A DNA stretch of 64,000 nucleotides from Verrucomicrobiota bacterium (GTDB lineage: Bacteria; Verrucomicrobiota; Verrucomicrobiia; Limisphaerales; UBA11358), in assembly GCA_050010435.1 (NCBI GenBank), contig JBEKKZ010000002.1, forward strand, positions 64-64,063, read 5' to 3'. Positions 45,096-54,494 of the stretch are shown piece by piece (position 1 is the stretch's first letter; every line of letters begins with the position of its first letter). The notes under the pieces are model-generated. The model saw nothing but the letters and a program-made list of their open reading frames with translations, did no database searches and was not told the DNA's origin. The translations under genes and the position numbers were made by a program.

Positions 45096-48000
45096 TTAGA
45101 ATTCGTCGAAGGGGCCAAGGCCTTCGACACGGTAGAGTTTTTCGGCGTCCCAGTTCACGGCGTTTTCGAGGACGGCGAGGCAGTCGCGCGGTGTCTCCAG
45201 CAGAATTTGCTGGGCGGACGGGTGGAGATAGGGTGGAGCGCCGTTGATGAGCTCAGTGGCAATGACGCGGGTGCGGGCCACGAGCGGATTCGGCGGCGGT
45301 TGGTTGGAATACTCGGCACGCTTGGCCTCGATGCAAAGTTTCGCCAACTCCTGCAAGCGCGCGTGCTGCGGGCGCGTCGGAATAACGATGGGCATCATGC
45401 GCATGTCGTTTATCTCGATGTCCTGATTGTGCTTGATGAACTTCTTGAGAAAGAAGCTGAAGACGTCCGAATTTGCGAGCGCAACGAATGCTTGGGCGGA
45501 CAGTGATGAAATGATTGGCGTCAAACGCGAACTACTCGCGTCAAAAATACAAGGTTCTTGATACCGACACTTGGCTGCAACGTGGTTTGCGTGCAAGGAC
45601 CATGTCACTCCGGCAGTCAGGAAGAACTTGTGCCCCTGCCATCGAGCGAGTGGATTTGATGAAAGCCAATCAACGGCGTTCTTCGTCCAATCGCAGTAAA
45701 GAGGCTCGTTGTCTATCCAACGGCTGCCTTCGGGGTCGCCTTTGCGGAACGCAACGAATTGTCCGTGTCCGCTGAGGCCGTTGTAAATCGTGGCAATGCG
45801 CGGACCATCGGCGGGATCGTCGTAATCTTCACTAGAGCGCAATCCGATTGCTTCGCGCGGTATGCGCAACTCTGGAGGCCTGCTTCTGTTTTCGCGGGTA
45901 AGCCAAAGTTGGATGTGCTGGCAAAGATTACAGAAATCTTCATCTGAAATGTTGGTCGTCCGGCGGAAAGCTTCATGCGTGTGGCGCTGGCGGCCGATCT
46001 CCATCGCGTCAGCCCAAAACGCGTCGAAATCCGCGCGCTGCTGCCAGCGACGAAGGAGTTCGGTCTTGCGCTGGTCGAAGGCGAAACGGAAATCTGCGTC
46101 TGTGGCGATGAGATTTTGCGGCGCGATGCGGAAAAGGGCCGTGCGGCCAAAGCTAAGTTGGGTTGGTGTGAACTGCTCGCGAAGCCTGTGGACAGCAGCC
46201 TCCCATGCGGCGCGGTTTGTGGTCGGTCTAGCGGCATCGCCGCCCGTGTCGGTGATCACCTGACGGTAAGCCGGACCGATTTGCGGATTGGCGAGCCAAG
46301 CCGCGCTCCACTCGCCAGCCTTCTCTTCCAAGTCGCGCGCCTGCGGCGTTCCTTCGAGATAGGCAAGGAAGCGAGCGTTATTTGCCGTGCGCATGCCTTG
46401 CCCGCCTTCGGCAATCAGGCCGACGAGCGTCACGTCACCGGGGCGCAAGCTGCGGTGGTAGGTCTTGAGCGCCTCAAGATTTGTGGCAAAGGCTCGTGAG
46501 TCCTCGATGCGCTCCCACCATTCAGCGACGAGTTGCTTCACTTTTGCGTTGAAACGCTCGTAGAGGTCGAGCGTGCCGGGGCGCGGCTCGAAGAAAGCTT
46601 CTTTGTGGGCATTGAGGTAGAGCGAGAGGGGCGCATCGTGGACGCGCAATTCATTTGCGACGGTGTGCTTCACGGTTGAACCGTCAGCAAGTGTTGTGGG
46701 CTGCTGCCACACGATTCCACCTGGGCGCGGAAGCAATTCAAGATTCTTCACCGGTTCGGTCTTTGTTCCGTCGCCACGTCTGAGCGGGCGCGCTTGTACG
46801 AAAAGCGAGCGAGCGTGTTCGGACGGAGCATCCTTGCGCGCGACGAAAACAGCCGCGTCAACCGTGGCGTCGAACGGGTCACACTGGCCAATCCAATTGA
46901 GAGTTTGTGATTGGAGCAACTGGCGCATTCGGAGCTTTGTCGCAAGCGTGAAAAAGGTGTCGGAGACGATGAAACCGAAACCGCCACCCGGTCGCAGGAG
47001 TTGAAAGCCCAAATCGGTGAAGTGAACCAGGAGGTCTTCAATGTATCCGGCGCGGCGCTCCAAAACGCTTCTCCAATCTTCTTCGCTGCTGGTGTGAGTG
47101 GAGATGTAAGGCGGATTGCCGAGCACGGCGTCGAAACCGGCGGCAGGCAGGGATTGCCCGTCCTCGCCGTAGAAGACATCCGGGAACTCCAAGCGCCAAT
47201 GAAAGGGGACAAGGCTTGCTTTCGTTGCCTGCAAAGCATCCGCGATGGATTCGAGAAAACGTTTGGCATCGCGCTTCGTCGCAGTATCCAACTCACTTGG
47301 TGTGACCAACAATCGGGCGGCGTGAAGGTAATTGAATTCGTCCATCGGCACGCCCGAGATTCCACCGAGCCAGAGGTTCGCCACGTCGAGGAATGGCTTC
47401 AATTGCAGGCGGGCTTCCCGCCACTGGCGCTCTTTGCGTTTTACCACTTCCATCTCTGTGCTGGCCTCACCTTCCACCGCCATATTCTCGCGGATTACCG
47501 TTGCAAGAGCCGTGTGGAGATTGCCACCAGCTTCGAATGTTTGTTCGTGCCCGGTTGTGGCAATAACGGGTGCTCGGCGCAGTTCATCCGGCAGGACAGA
47601 GAGCAGGGCGTTGCCATGTCGAAGATGGTGGTCGAGGAAGTTGAGCGGTTCATCCACGGCGATACAGGTAAGCCACAGCGAGAGTTTCGCCAACTCGACG
47701 GCCATCGGGTTAATGTCCACGCCGTAGATGCACGCCTCAACTACGCGGCGACGCCAATAAGAAATCTCGGCCTGTTCCTGCGAGACACCCGGGGGCACCG
47801 GAATTTTCCCGCGACCAAGAATGTCTTCGCGGGAGACGCGGCGCGTGCCTTGCGCAACAACTTGCTCAGTCATCGGGCGCGTCGTCTCATGTCGCATAAT
47901 CCTATGGGCAAGCCATTCGGTGGCGCGCACGAGGAAATGGCCACTGCCCATTGCGGGATCAACGAGATTCATCCGGAGAACTGCAAGGGCGAAGGAATTG

Positions 48001-49565
48001 TCACGACGACGTTCCTCGGACTGTGCGGCAATGGCGCGCTGAATTTCCTCGGACTGCTGAATTTGGTCGAGCAGCGGAGAAAGCGTTTCGCGAATGAGGA
48101 ATTGAACGATCCAATCAGGCGTGTAAAAAATACCATCACGATGATTCTTGCCGCTCTGGTTGCGGAGTTCCAACCGGCCAGCCTCGCGAACGAAATGCGC
48201 ACCGAGCAAGCCTTCGTAGATGTCACCCAATTGGCGGACTTCGAGTGTGCTGTAGTCAATGGCTTCGTCGGTGCTGAGTTGGCCCTGGCGCGGGCCGGGG
48301 CGTGTGGGCGGTTGCGCGAAAATTAATTGCCGGAGAACATTGGCGAGAGATGCATCGCCGATGCGCCAAGATTCGAGCTTCGGATGAAGGTCGGGGTTGA
48401 ACAACCCGCCGTTGTAGCGGGTGACGCCGAGAGATTCGTTCTGGCGCTGGTGTGTGCCGTTGATGAGATTGAACAACCTGAGTAACTCGTCATTGAGGCC
48501 GGTGAACGCGTCGTCGGTGTAGAGAGTTCGGTTGCGCAATCGCTCCACCAAGCGAGCGAGCGAAAATTCGTTGAGGTAACGGCGGTTGGCTCCCGGGCCG
48601 TGCGATTTGACCGGCAACAAACCACGACTCTCGGCATAGAGGACGAAAAGCAGGCGATAGAGGAACGTGAGCGCGTTGCTGTAAACTTCGGGGAAGTCGG
48701 ATTCGGCCAGGTGATTGTCTTCGAAATCGGCAAATCCGGTGCCGACATCTTCAAGCACGCTGAAAATGCGCTTGCGAAGATTGCTTTCGAGATCGCCTTG
48801 GAGCCGCAACGACTGTTCGCGGACTTCATCAAGGAAGCAGGAACCATCCTCGCTGCGCTCGAAAGCTGAGGCGCGGAACAGTGTGAAGAAGGTCCGGAAC
48901 TCCGCCAGCGAACAGAATTGGTCATTGCGCACCAGATGGAACGCGAAGTAAGCGCCGACGGCGGAGCGGTCAGTGTAAAGCCGCCACTCGGAACCGTTGG
49001 TGAGTATGGCCCAATTGAAGAAACGTTTCCCCGCGGCGTCTTTGGCATGGTTCAGGTAGTCCTGAACCTGTTGGCTGGGGAACCAGCCGGGCGTTTCGTT
49101 GGTGGAGAGTTGGTCGAGGGGATGGCCGTATTTCTTGGCTTCAAGCGCGGTGGCACTGAGACGGAAAAGGGTGTTCGCATCCGCTTCGGACGCGGCAGTG
49201 AAATCGCCGTCAGAAGTGAAAAGGCAGTAGTCGGGGCGCTTGCGGGTGGCAAGATTCGGCATTGATTGCTGCGGGATGCGCCGCCAGCCGAGCCGGTCGA
49301 GGACTGGTTCAAGGAAAGTCGAGCAATTGAACGCTTCGTTCTGGCGACGGAGCGCGGTGAGATGGCGCCGCCAGATTTCGCCAATCTCGCGGAACGCAAC
49401 GGCGCAATCCTGCTCGCGTGCAAATTCCTGGGCGAGGTTGAGATGGCGCGAGAGGTAGGCGAGGGAAAAGACGCCTCTGGTTTCGAGAGCACCCTCAAAC
49501 CCTTCGCCTCGCAGGCCGAGCCCAAGCTGGTCGGGGTTGGCTGCTGGTCTTCGCTGTCTTGGCAT
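45096..49565 (-). CDS. Type IIG/Eco57I-like fused restriction-modification enzyme (N6-adenine MTase)
   Basis: PDY...EAK nuclease, LTNGSEWRLY, YNGGLF, LGDIYEGLL, FYTP, DPAMGSGHFL, YGVDINPMAVELAKLSLW, GFDAVLGNPPY. Confidence 0.9.
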   Translation of the reverse strand: MPRQRRPAANPDQLGLGLRGEGFEGALETRGVFSLAYLSRHLNLAQEFAREQDCAVAFREIGEIWRRHLTALRRQNEAFNCSTFLEPVLDRLGWRRIPQQSMPNLATRKRPDYCLFTSDGDFTAASEADANTLFRLSATALEAKKYGHPLDQLSTNETPGWFPSQQVQDYLNHAKDAAGKRFFNWAILTNGSEWRLYTDRSAVGAYFAFHLVRNDQFCSLAEFRTFFTLFRASAFERSEDGSCFLDEVREQSLRLQGDLESNLRKRIFSVLEDVGTGFADFEDNHLAESDFPEVYSNALTFLYRLLFVLYAESRGLLPVKSHGPGANRRYLNEFSLARLVERLRNRTLYTDDAFTGLNDELLRLFNLINGTHQRQNESLGVTRYNGGLFNPDLHPKLESWRIGDASLANVLRQLIFAQPPTRPGPRQGQLSTDEAIDYSTLEVRQLGDIYEGLLGAHFVREAGRLELRNQSGKNHRDGIFYTPDWIVQFLIRETLSPLLDQIQQSEEIQRAIAAQSEERRRDNSFALAVLRMNLVDPAMGSGHFLVRATEWLAHRIMRHETTRPMTEQVVAQGTRRVSREDILGRGKIPVPPGVSQEQAEISYWRRRVVEACIYGVDINPMAVELAKLSLWLTCIAVDEPLNFLDHHLRHGNALLSVLPDELRRAPVIATTGHEQTFEAGGNLHTALATVIRENMAVEGEASTEMEVVKRKERQWREARLQLKPFLDVANLWLGGISGVPMDEFNYLHAARLLVTPSELDTATKRDAKRFLESIADALQATKASLVPFHWRLEFPDVFYGEDGQSLPAAGFDAVLGNPPYISTHTSSEEDWRSVLERRAGYIEDLLVHFTDLGFQLLRPGGGFGFIVSDTFFTLATKLRMRQLLQSQTLNWIGQCDPFDATVDAAVFVARKDAPSEHARSLFVQARPLRRGDGTKTEPVKNLELLPRPGGIVWQQPTTLADGSTVKHTVANELRVHDAPLSLYLNAHKEAFFEPRPGTLDLYERFNAKVKQLVAEWWERIEDSRAFATNLEALKTYHRSLRPGDVTLVGLIAEGGQGMRTANNARFLAYLEGTPQARDLEEKAGEWSAAWLANPQIGPAYRQVITDTGGDAARPTTNRAAWEAAVHRLREQFTPTQLSFGRTALFRIAPQNLIATDADFRFAFDQRKTELLRRWQQRADFDAFWADAMEIGRQRHTHEAFRRTTNISDEDFCNLCQHIQLWLTRENRSRPPELRIPREAIGLRSSEDYDDPADGPRIATIYNGLSGHGQFVAFRKGDPEGSRWIDNEPLYCDWTKNAVDWLSSNPLARWQGHKFFLTAGVTWSLHANHVAAKCRYQEPCIFDASSSRLTPIISSLSAQAFVALANSDVFSFFLKKFIKHNQDIEINDMRMMPIVIPTRPQHARLQELAKLCIEAKRAEYSNQPPPNPLVARTRVIATELINGAPPYLHPSAQQILLETPRDCLAVLENAVNWDAEKLYRVEGLGPFDEF

Positions 49566-49642
49566 TAGATTGGACTGTATTTTGGGAGTTTGCCGCTAGT
49601 TTTTGGGAATTCGCTCATTTCTTTAGCCATGCGGATTAGCAG

Positions 49643-49683
49643 GCATCGTAGGACGGAAAGGGACATTTGCAATGGAAATCACG
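49643..49683 (-). promoter_or_regulatory. Putative sigma70 promoter, copy 1 of a 41-bp direct repeat
   Basis: Minus strand TTGCAA-N16-TACGAT upstream of the RM gene; repeated at 50582-50622. Confidence 0.55.
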
Positions 49684-49773
49684 TAAAAGGCCTTTGGCCT
49701 CACGTGACAGACCGCGTAAAAGACTTCGTCTCACGCGGCGGGCACCGCGACAGACCGGGTTTTATGATTGGTT

Positions 49774-49974
49774 TTATGATTTCTTGCCCGTGCGGCAGGG
49801 TGCGGGTTCTTCGCGGAGAACACTCGAATCCGAATGAGCCGCGCTGCCACGAATGGCCAGCTCCCGTTCGCGCAGGGCATCCAGCATCCGCAACTTCTCC
49901 GCCACGGGCCGGGCGGCGAGATGGCGGCGCAGGGCGCGTTTGCTTTCGAGAATCTTTTGCAGGTCAAAGCTCAT
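49774..49974 (-). CDS. Small hypothetical protein, partner of the nucleotidyltransferase (TA-like pair)
   Basis: MSFDLQKILESKRALRRHLAARPVAEKLRMLDALRER; ATGA-coupled to the upstream gene. Confidence 0.65.
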   Translation of the reverse strand: MSFDLQKILESKRALRRHLAARPVAEKLRMLDALRERELAIRGSAAHSDSSVLREEPAPCRTGKKS

Positions 49975-50498
49975 GGCGCATCGCTGAGATATTGTCGTTC
50001 AAACTTCCGCCAGACGTCAACCAGTCCATGCCGGGCAAGAATGTCTTGAAAGCGCACGGCATCGAGCGCGCCGGCCTCGATGAACTGAAGCAGGCGGGCT
50101 TTGTCCCTGGCACGGCCGGTCTGGAGCGCGATGGCGGCGAGGTGTTCGGCGGTGAAGACACGGGTGCGGGTTCCGTCCACGTCTCTTTCCCCAGCCTCCT
50201 GCAACGCTTCCGCCACCAGCGGAGTTCCCGGCGGCAGGAATTGGACGGGCCAGCCACCCACGACAATGTATTCGCCCTCCATCGTGCCGCCCCGGGCTTT
50301 GAGATAAGCAAAAATGGGTTGCGGATTGACCAGCAAGTTCCCCGGCCCGGATCGGAAGGTCACAAAGATATCCACGTCGAGCGTGGCGACGGGTTCCAGG
50401 TAGAAGGTCGCGCCCACCGCGCCGCCGATGGCGTAGCGATCAATGACGCCGTCGGTCTGCATCTGGTTGATGGTGGTGATGACTTCTTTGATGTCCAT
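49971..50498 (-). CDS. Nucleotidyltransferase-fold protein (AbiEii-like)
   Basis: YAIGGAVGA...TLDVDIFV; GRARDK. Confidence 0.75.
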   Translation of the reverse strand: MDIKEVITTINQMQTDGVIDRYAIGGAVGATFYLEPVATLDVDIFVTFRSGPGNLLVNPQPIFAYLKARGGTMEGEYIVVGGWPVQFLPPGTPLVAEALQEAGERDVDGTRTRVFTAEHLAAIALQTGRARDKARLLQFIEAGALDAVRFQDILARHGLVDVWRKFERQYLSDAP

Positions 50499-50511
50499 GC
50501 AGATTGGTTTG

Positions 50512-50580
50512 CCGCGTAAAAGGACGTAAAGCCGCGCCGCGCGGACCACGTCCCTTATACGGGCTTCGCCTCACGTGGCA
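50512..50580. repeat. 69-bp right inverted repeat of the defence island
   Basis: Reverse complement of 40711-40779. Confidence 0.9.
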
Positions 50581-50581
50581 A

Positions 50582-50622
50582 GCATCGTAGGACGGACAGG
50601 GCCATTTGCAATGGAAATCACG
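50582..50622 (-). promoter_or_regulatory. Putative sigma70 promoter, copy 2
   Basis: 39/41 identical to 49643-49683; TTGCAA-N16-TACGAT on the minus strand. Confidence 0.55.
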
Positions 50623-50893
50623 CCACGTAAAGCTTCCAACTTCGTCCCGCACTGCAGGACTACGATGGACAGGTCGCCACATGGTTGAGCCGCGTAACCG
50701 CGTAAAAGACTTCGTCTCACGCGGCAGGCCGCGTAAAAGGCGCTGCCTCACGCGGCAAGGATCCACCTGTATCCGTCTTCGCCGTTGCTTCGCCGAGACA
50801 AGCCAGTGCAACGGGTCGGATTTTGGCGCGACAATAAAAAGCACGATCGTATCTTTTATTGTCGCGCGCCGTCAGGCCGCGTAAAAGGTGTTC

Positions 50894-52762
50894 TTAGTAT
50901 GCGATTGGCAGGCCGCGGCTGTCGGTGCGGAAGGTGAATTCGAAGATCCGAGTGTCTTTCTTCTGGTCAAGAATCTGCCCCGAAATCCGGTACTCGTTTT
51001 GCGGCTCCAAGCTCAGATCGGCCGGGAGCGCATAGACTCTTTCGTAAGCGCATTTGTCCGGAAAAGAAACCGGAAGATTGAGGGTGAAATGCCGTTCGGA
51101 GGCATCCGTTGGCCGGGGATCTCCCTGACCCTGCTTGCCGATGAGCACCGCTTCGTAGGAGCCGGATGCAGCGGTCGGCTGGGAAACTCCCCGACGGATT
51201 TGCGCACTTGAGAAACGCGGGACTTTCTTGACCGTCAACTCGACGGGGATTTCGGTGTCAAGGTGAGTAAAGCTCGGCGTCCAAATCCGCAGGAAAACTT
51301 CATCATCCGCAAGCATCTGGCGGTCCCAATCGAGCGGCACTCGCGCGATCCTCGTCAGGGCTTGTTCTTTTCCGGTGATCCATTCGGCGCCATTTTCCTC
51401 CGCCCGATAATTTCGCAGTCCCGGAAAACAATCATACACCCCGGCCACCCGGCCGCTCGAAGTGTCCTGGGTGGGGGCAAAACTGCTCAGCAAAATTCCG
51501 TCCGAGTTGAGGTCGTCGAGCGCTCCATGAGTGCCCCCGAAGGTCACCAATTCGCTGCCTTTTTTGACCAGCCATCCGGAGTGAACATAATGGTTGTTCA
51601 GGCTGATAAGAATGGTGGCCGGATTGAGGGTGACGCTGGTGTGGCCCCGGACAATTCGCTCGACTGCCAGAGGATAGCGATTGGTCATGGTCTCAGCCAT
51701 CCAGTCGTCAGCCGTGGCAAAGCCGCCGGCGTCGAGCCGGTTCTTTTGGGAGAGAGCTTCGACCACCGGGAGATAGTTAATGGGGTCCCCCCGCTCGGTT
51801 GAATATCGGAAAGAGTTCCTGGCGGGATTCCACTCGATGATGGCCCGTTCGCCTTTTGAATTCATGACAATGAACCGATTGGTCTGACCCGGGAGCCTGG
51901 CCGTCAATACGTCCACGCCTTTCAGATGCGAGAGCAGTTGCATGAGGGTTTCGGTTTCGGCGGGCGAATTATGGATTTCCACCCAGGACTCGATCCCGAC
52001 CGTGGGGAGGACAACGTCCTTTGGATTCACAATGGAATTCGTGATCCGGTACCCGGCGTTTTTTAGAAAAGTCCGAATCTCGATGCGCTGGCCGACGCCG
52101 GCGTGATTGTTTCCGTGATCCGAGAGAATCAGAATTTCGAGCTCATGTCCTTCCCGGGCCTTGTAAAGGGCGCGCAGTTCCTGGAGTTTTTCATCGAGCG
52201 CGCAAAGCATGGCGAAAGTATCGCGGGACAAGTGCTGGGCATCGTCCGGCGTGCGAACGTAGGCGTAGAAGTTGTCGCCCCCGCTCCGGGTATTGAGAAA
52301 GTTTCTGACCAATTCATGCACCTCGTATTGATACATGTGGGACGGATAGACATAACCCAGCGTGCGAAGGAATCCGTTCTCCACCTCCCAGTGCATCTGC
52401 TTTTCGTGCTCCATCGAGGTGGTGATGCCGTTCACGGACATTTCCAAATTCGCGGCCTCGCTGAAATAAGTGCGCTGATAACCGGGCAGCGGGCGGTCGC
52501 CGAAAATGTCGGTCCACGCGACGTCGCTGGTCGAGGGAAACGTCGAGATCAGGCGGCTGACCGGGAAGTATCCCTGATGGAAGCCCTGACGATGGAATTG
52601 TATGCCATGGGTGTCCTTGTAGGTGATCCCGGCCTGCAGGGCTTTCATGTCGCGGTAGGAAATCCCATCCAGGCCGATGATCAGCCGCTTGGGGAGCGCG
52701 GCCATGCTCGTTGCGGGGAGGGCTTGGATAACCAATGAGAGAAGAAGGACCGGCCGGCTCAT
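50894..52762 (-). CDS. Secreted alkaline-phosphatase-superfamily protein (NPP/phosphodiesterase-like)
   Basis: Signal peptide; LDGISY, STFPSTS nucleophile loop, DDAQH, LSDHG, GGTHG. Confidence 0.8.
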   Translation of the reverse strand: MSRPVLLLSLVIQALPATSMAALPKRLIIGLDGISYRDMKALQAGITYKDTHGIQFHRQGFHQGYFPVSRLISTFPSTSDVAWTDIFGDRPLPGYQRTYFSEAANLEMSVNGITTSMEHEKQMHWEVENGFLRTLGYVYPSHMYQYEVHELVRNFLNTRSGGDNFYAYVRTPDDAQHLSRDTFAMLCALDEKLQELRALYKAREGHELEILILSDHGNNHAGVGQRIEIRTFLKNAGYRITNSIVNPKDVVLPTVGIESWVEIHNSPAETETLMQLLSHLKGVDVLTARLPGQTNRFIVMNSKGERAIIEWNPARNSFRYSTERGDPINYLPVVEALSQKNRLDAGGFATADDWMAETMTNRYPLAVERIVRGHTSVTLNPATILISLNNHYVHSGWLVKKGSELVTFGGTHGALDDLNSDGILLSSFAPTQDTSSGRVAGVYDCFPGLRNYRAEENGAEWITGKEQALTRIARVPLDWDRQMLADDEVFLRIWTPSFTHLDTEIPVELTVKKVPRFSSAQIRRGVSQPTAASGSYEAVLIGKQGQGDPRPTDASERHFTLNLPVSFPDKCAYERVYALPADLSLEPQNEYRISGQILDQKKDTRIFEFTFRTDSRGLPIAY

Positions 52763-52868
52763 GTTTCTGCTCAGGCGACCTAAACCTCCAAAGCTCGGGC
52801 AAAAAATCATGCCGCTAATTGATAACTGATCGGGTCAGGCATGTCCAAATGAAATTAGAGCCGTCATT

Positions 52869-52935
52869 TAACCGCTAATCTTCGCTTATCAGCGCTGATG
52901 AGCGGGAATTAGCGGTTAAAATCTTTGTTCTTTGC
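52869..52935. repeat. Palindromic element, right copy (inverted partner of 40623-40687)
   Basis: TAACCGCTAATCTTCGCTTATCAGCGCTGATGAGCGGGAATTAGCGGTTAAAATCTTTGTTCTT. Confidence 0.85.
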
Positions 52936-52942
52936 GGTTGAT

Positions 52943-54220
52943 TCAGCTTTTGGTGTTTCCCTGCGCGCGCATTTTGAGAAACTCGCCCCGCCACTCCGCG
53001 CGTGAAACCTTCCCGCGCGTGTTGGCCTCCAGTGAGTTCACGAACCACCACTCGCGCGGCACCTGCCAGCCCGGCAGTTTCCGGAGCAGGAACTGTTTCA
53101 ATTCCCCGGCCTGGCTGTGCCGTTTGGCGGCCACGCACGCCACAATGAGGTCCGCGCGATCGGCATTCCCGCTCGGTACGCCAAAGACCAGGCATTCGGC
53201 GACGGCTTCGTGCTCGCGCAAAACTTGTTCGATGGCGGCCGGGGACACTTTGCGGCCCGCCACGTTGATCTGGTCGCCGGCACGGCCGCGAAGATAAACC
53301 GCCCCCGCCTGAAGTTCGGCAAGATCGCTGGTCTGAAACCGGCCCCGGCCAAGGGTGTCGGACGGTTTCGGCCAGTACGTTTCGCCCACCGCGGAACTTC
53401 GCACCACCAAGACCCCGTCCGGCTCGAGCGCCAGGTCCACGTTTTGCATGGGCCGCCCGACGCAGGCATCGTCGGTGCGCGGAACGGTTGTCGCGTCGTA
53501 GGCGATGCCGCCGCATTCGGATGAGCCGTAGAAGTTGTGGATTTTGAGTCCGTGCGCTTCAAAGACCGCCTGTTCCAGCGCCAGCGGCAGGGGCGCGCCC
53601 GCGGAGATGGCCAGACGCACGTTGTGCGGGATGGCCCGGGCTTCATGCCAGGCGCGCCAGAGCGCCGGGACGCCGGCGAGCGTGAGGTCCGGCTGGTCCG
53701 GCGCGGCGCCCCGCAGGACTTCCGGCAAAGGTGACGGCGCCAGGAACAGCGGAATCCCGTGCAGCAGCAACGGCAGCACCAGGTTCGAAAATCCGTAGGA
53801 ATGCGCCAGCGAAATCGCGCCGAGGTTCGGCCAGTCCGGTCGCAATCCCATCGTGGCCACGATGTTGTCCGCGTCGGCGGCCAGTTGTTCCCCGGTAAAG
53901 GCGATGGTGCGCGGCGCGCCCGTGGTGGCGGAGGTGATTTTCAGATGACAACAGGGCGGGGGCGGCGGGGGAACGGAAGGCGGCGGCTCATGCGGTTCGA
54001 GTGGACAAACCACGGCGTGGGAACGCCAGGCGCGCAGGACGGCAAAGATGAACTCCGGCGAGTGGCCCTGCGGACAGATCATCTCCGGCCTGCCCGGCGC
54101 TGGAGTTTCCGCCGCGCGCTCCAGTTGCGCAAAGGTCCAGCATCGTCCGGAAGCCAGATCGCGCAAAGCCACCTCGTTGCGCCTGTCCCGGGCGACCTTC
54201 TGCCAACGTTCGTAAAGCAT
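52943..54220 (-). CDS. Class I adenylate-forming enzyme
   Basis: TSATTGAPR, HSYGFSN, FYGSSECGG, FQTSDLA, INVAGRKVSP, NTRGKV. Confidence 0.9.
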   Translation of the reverse strand: MLYERWQKVARDRRNEVALRDLASGRCWTFAQLERAAETPAPGRPEMICPQGHSPEFIFAVLRAWRSHAVVCPLEPHEPPPSVPPPPPPCCHLKITSATTGAPRTIAFTGEQLAADADNIVATMGLRPDWPNLGAISLAHSYGFSNLVLPLLLHGIPLFLAPSPLPEVLRGAAPDQPDLTLAGVPALWRAWHEARAIPHNVRLAISAGAPLPLALEQAVFEAHGLKIHNFYGSSECGGIAYDATTVPRTDDACVGRPMQNVDLALEPDGVLVVRSSAVGETYWPKPSDTLGRGRFQTSDLAELQAGAVYLRGRAGDQINVAGRKVSPAAIEQVLREHEAVAECLVFGVPSGNADRADLIVACVAAKRHSQAGELKQFLLRKLPGWQVPREWWFVNSLEANTRGKVSRAEWRGEFLKMRAQGNTKS

Positions 54221-54321
54221 CCGCTCTTTCCTAAACCAAGACCGGCTTCTGTTGCAAGGCCGATTTCGCCGACGGGCGCAACGCCGCAATTCACTTTTAA
54301 AGAGATGGCGGAAAATTCTCA

Positions 54322-54455
54322 TTAGCACCGGGCTTCAGCCCGGTGATGACTATCGAATACCAACGAGGAGCCGTTTCAACGGCTTCAAGGAAACCCGTTG
54401 AAACGGGTCTTATTTCCGTGATAACCGGATTCACCCGGCTGAAGCCGGGTGCTAA
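54322..54455. repeat. Composite REP-like inverted repeat
   Basis: TTAGCACCGGGCTTCAGCCCGGTG ... CCGTTTCAACGG ... CCGTTGAAACGG ... CACCCGGCTGAAGCCGGGTGCTAA. Confidence 0.85.
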
Positions 54456-54494
54456 TAAGAAACACACGAAAAGCAAAATGCATCCGCACCGCGC

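Noticed and set aside
49679-50888. Possible CRISPR array
   Set aside because: Repeats are irregularly spaced, vary in sequence and lack constant-length unique spacers; no cas genes
40711-50888. Classical integron/attC cassette array
   Set aside because: No intI gene and no canonical RYYYAAC...GTTRRRY attC boxes recognised; reported instead as a distinct hairpin family
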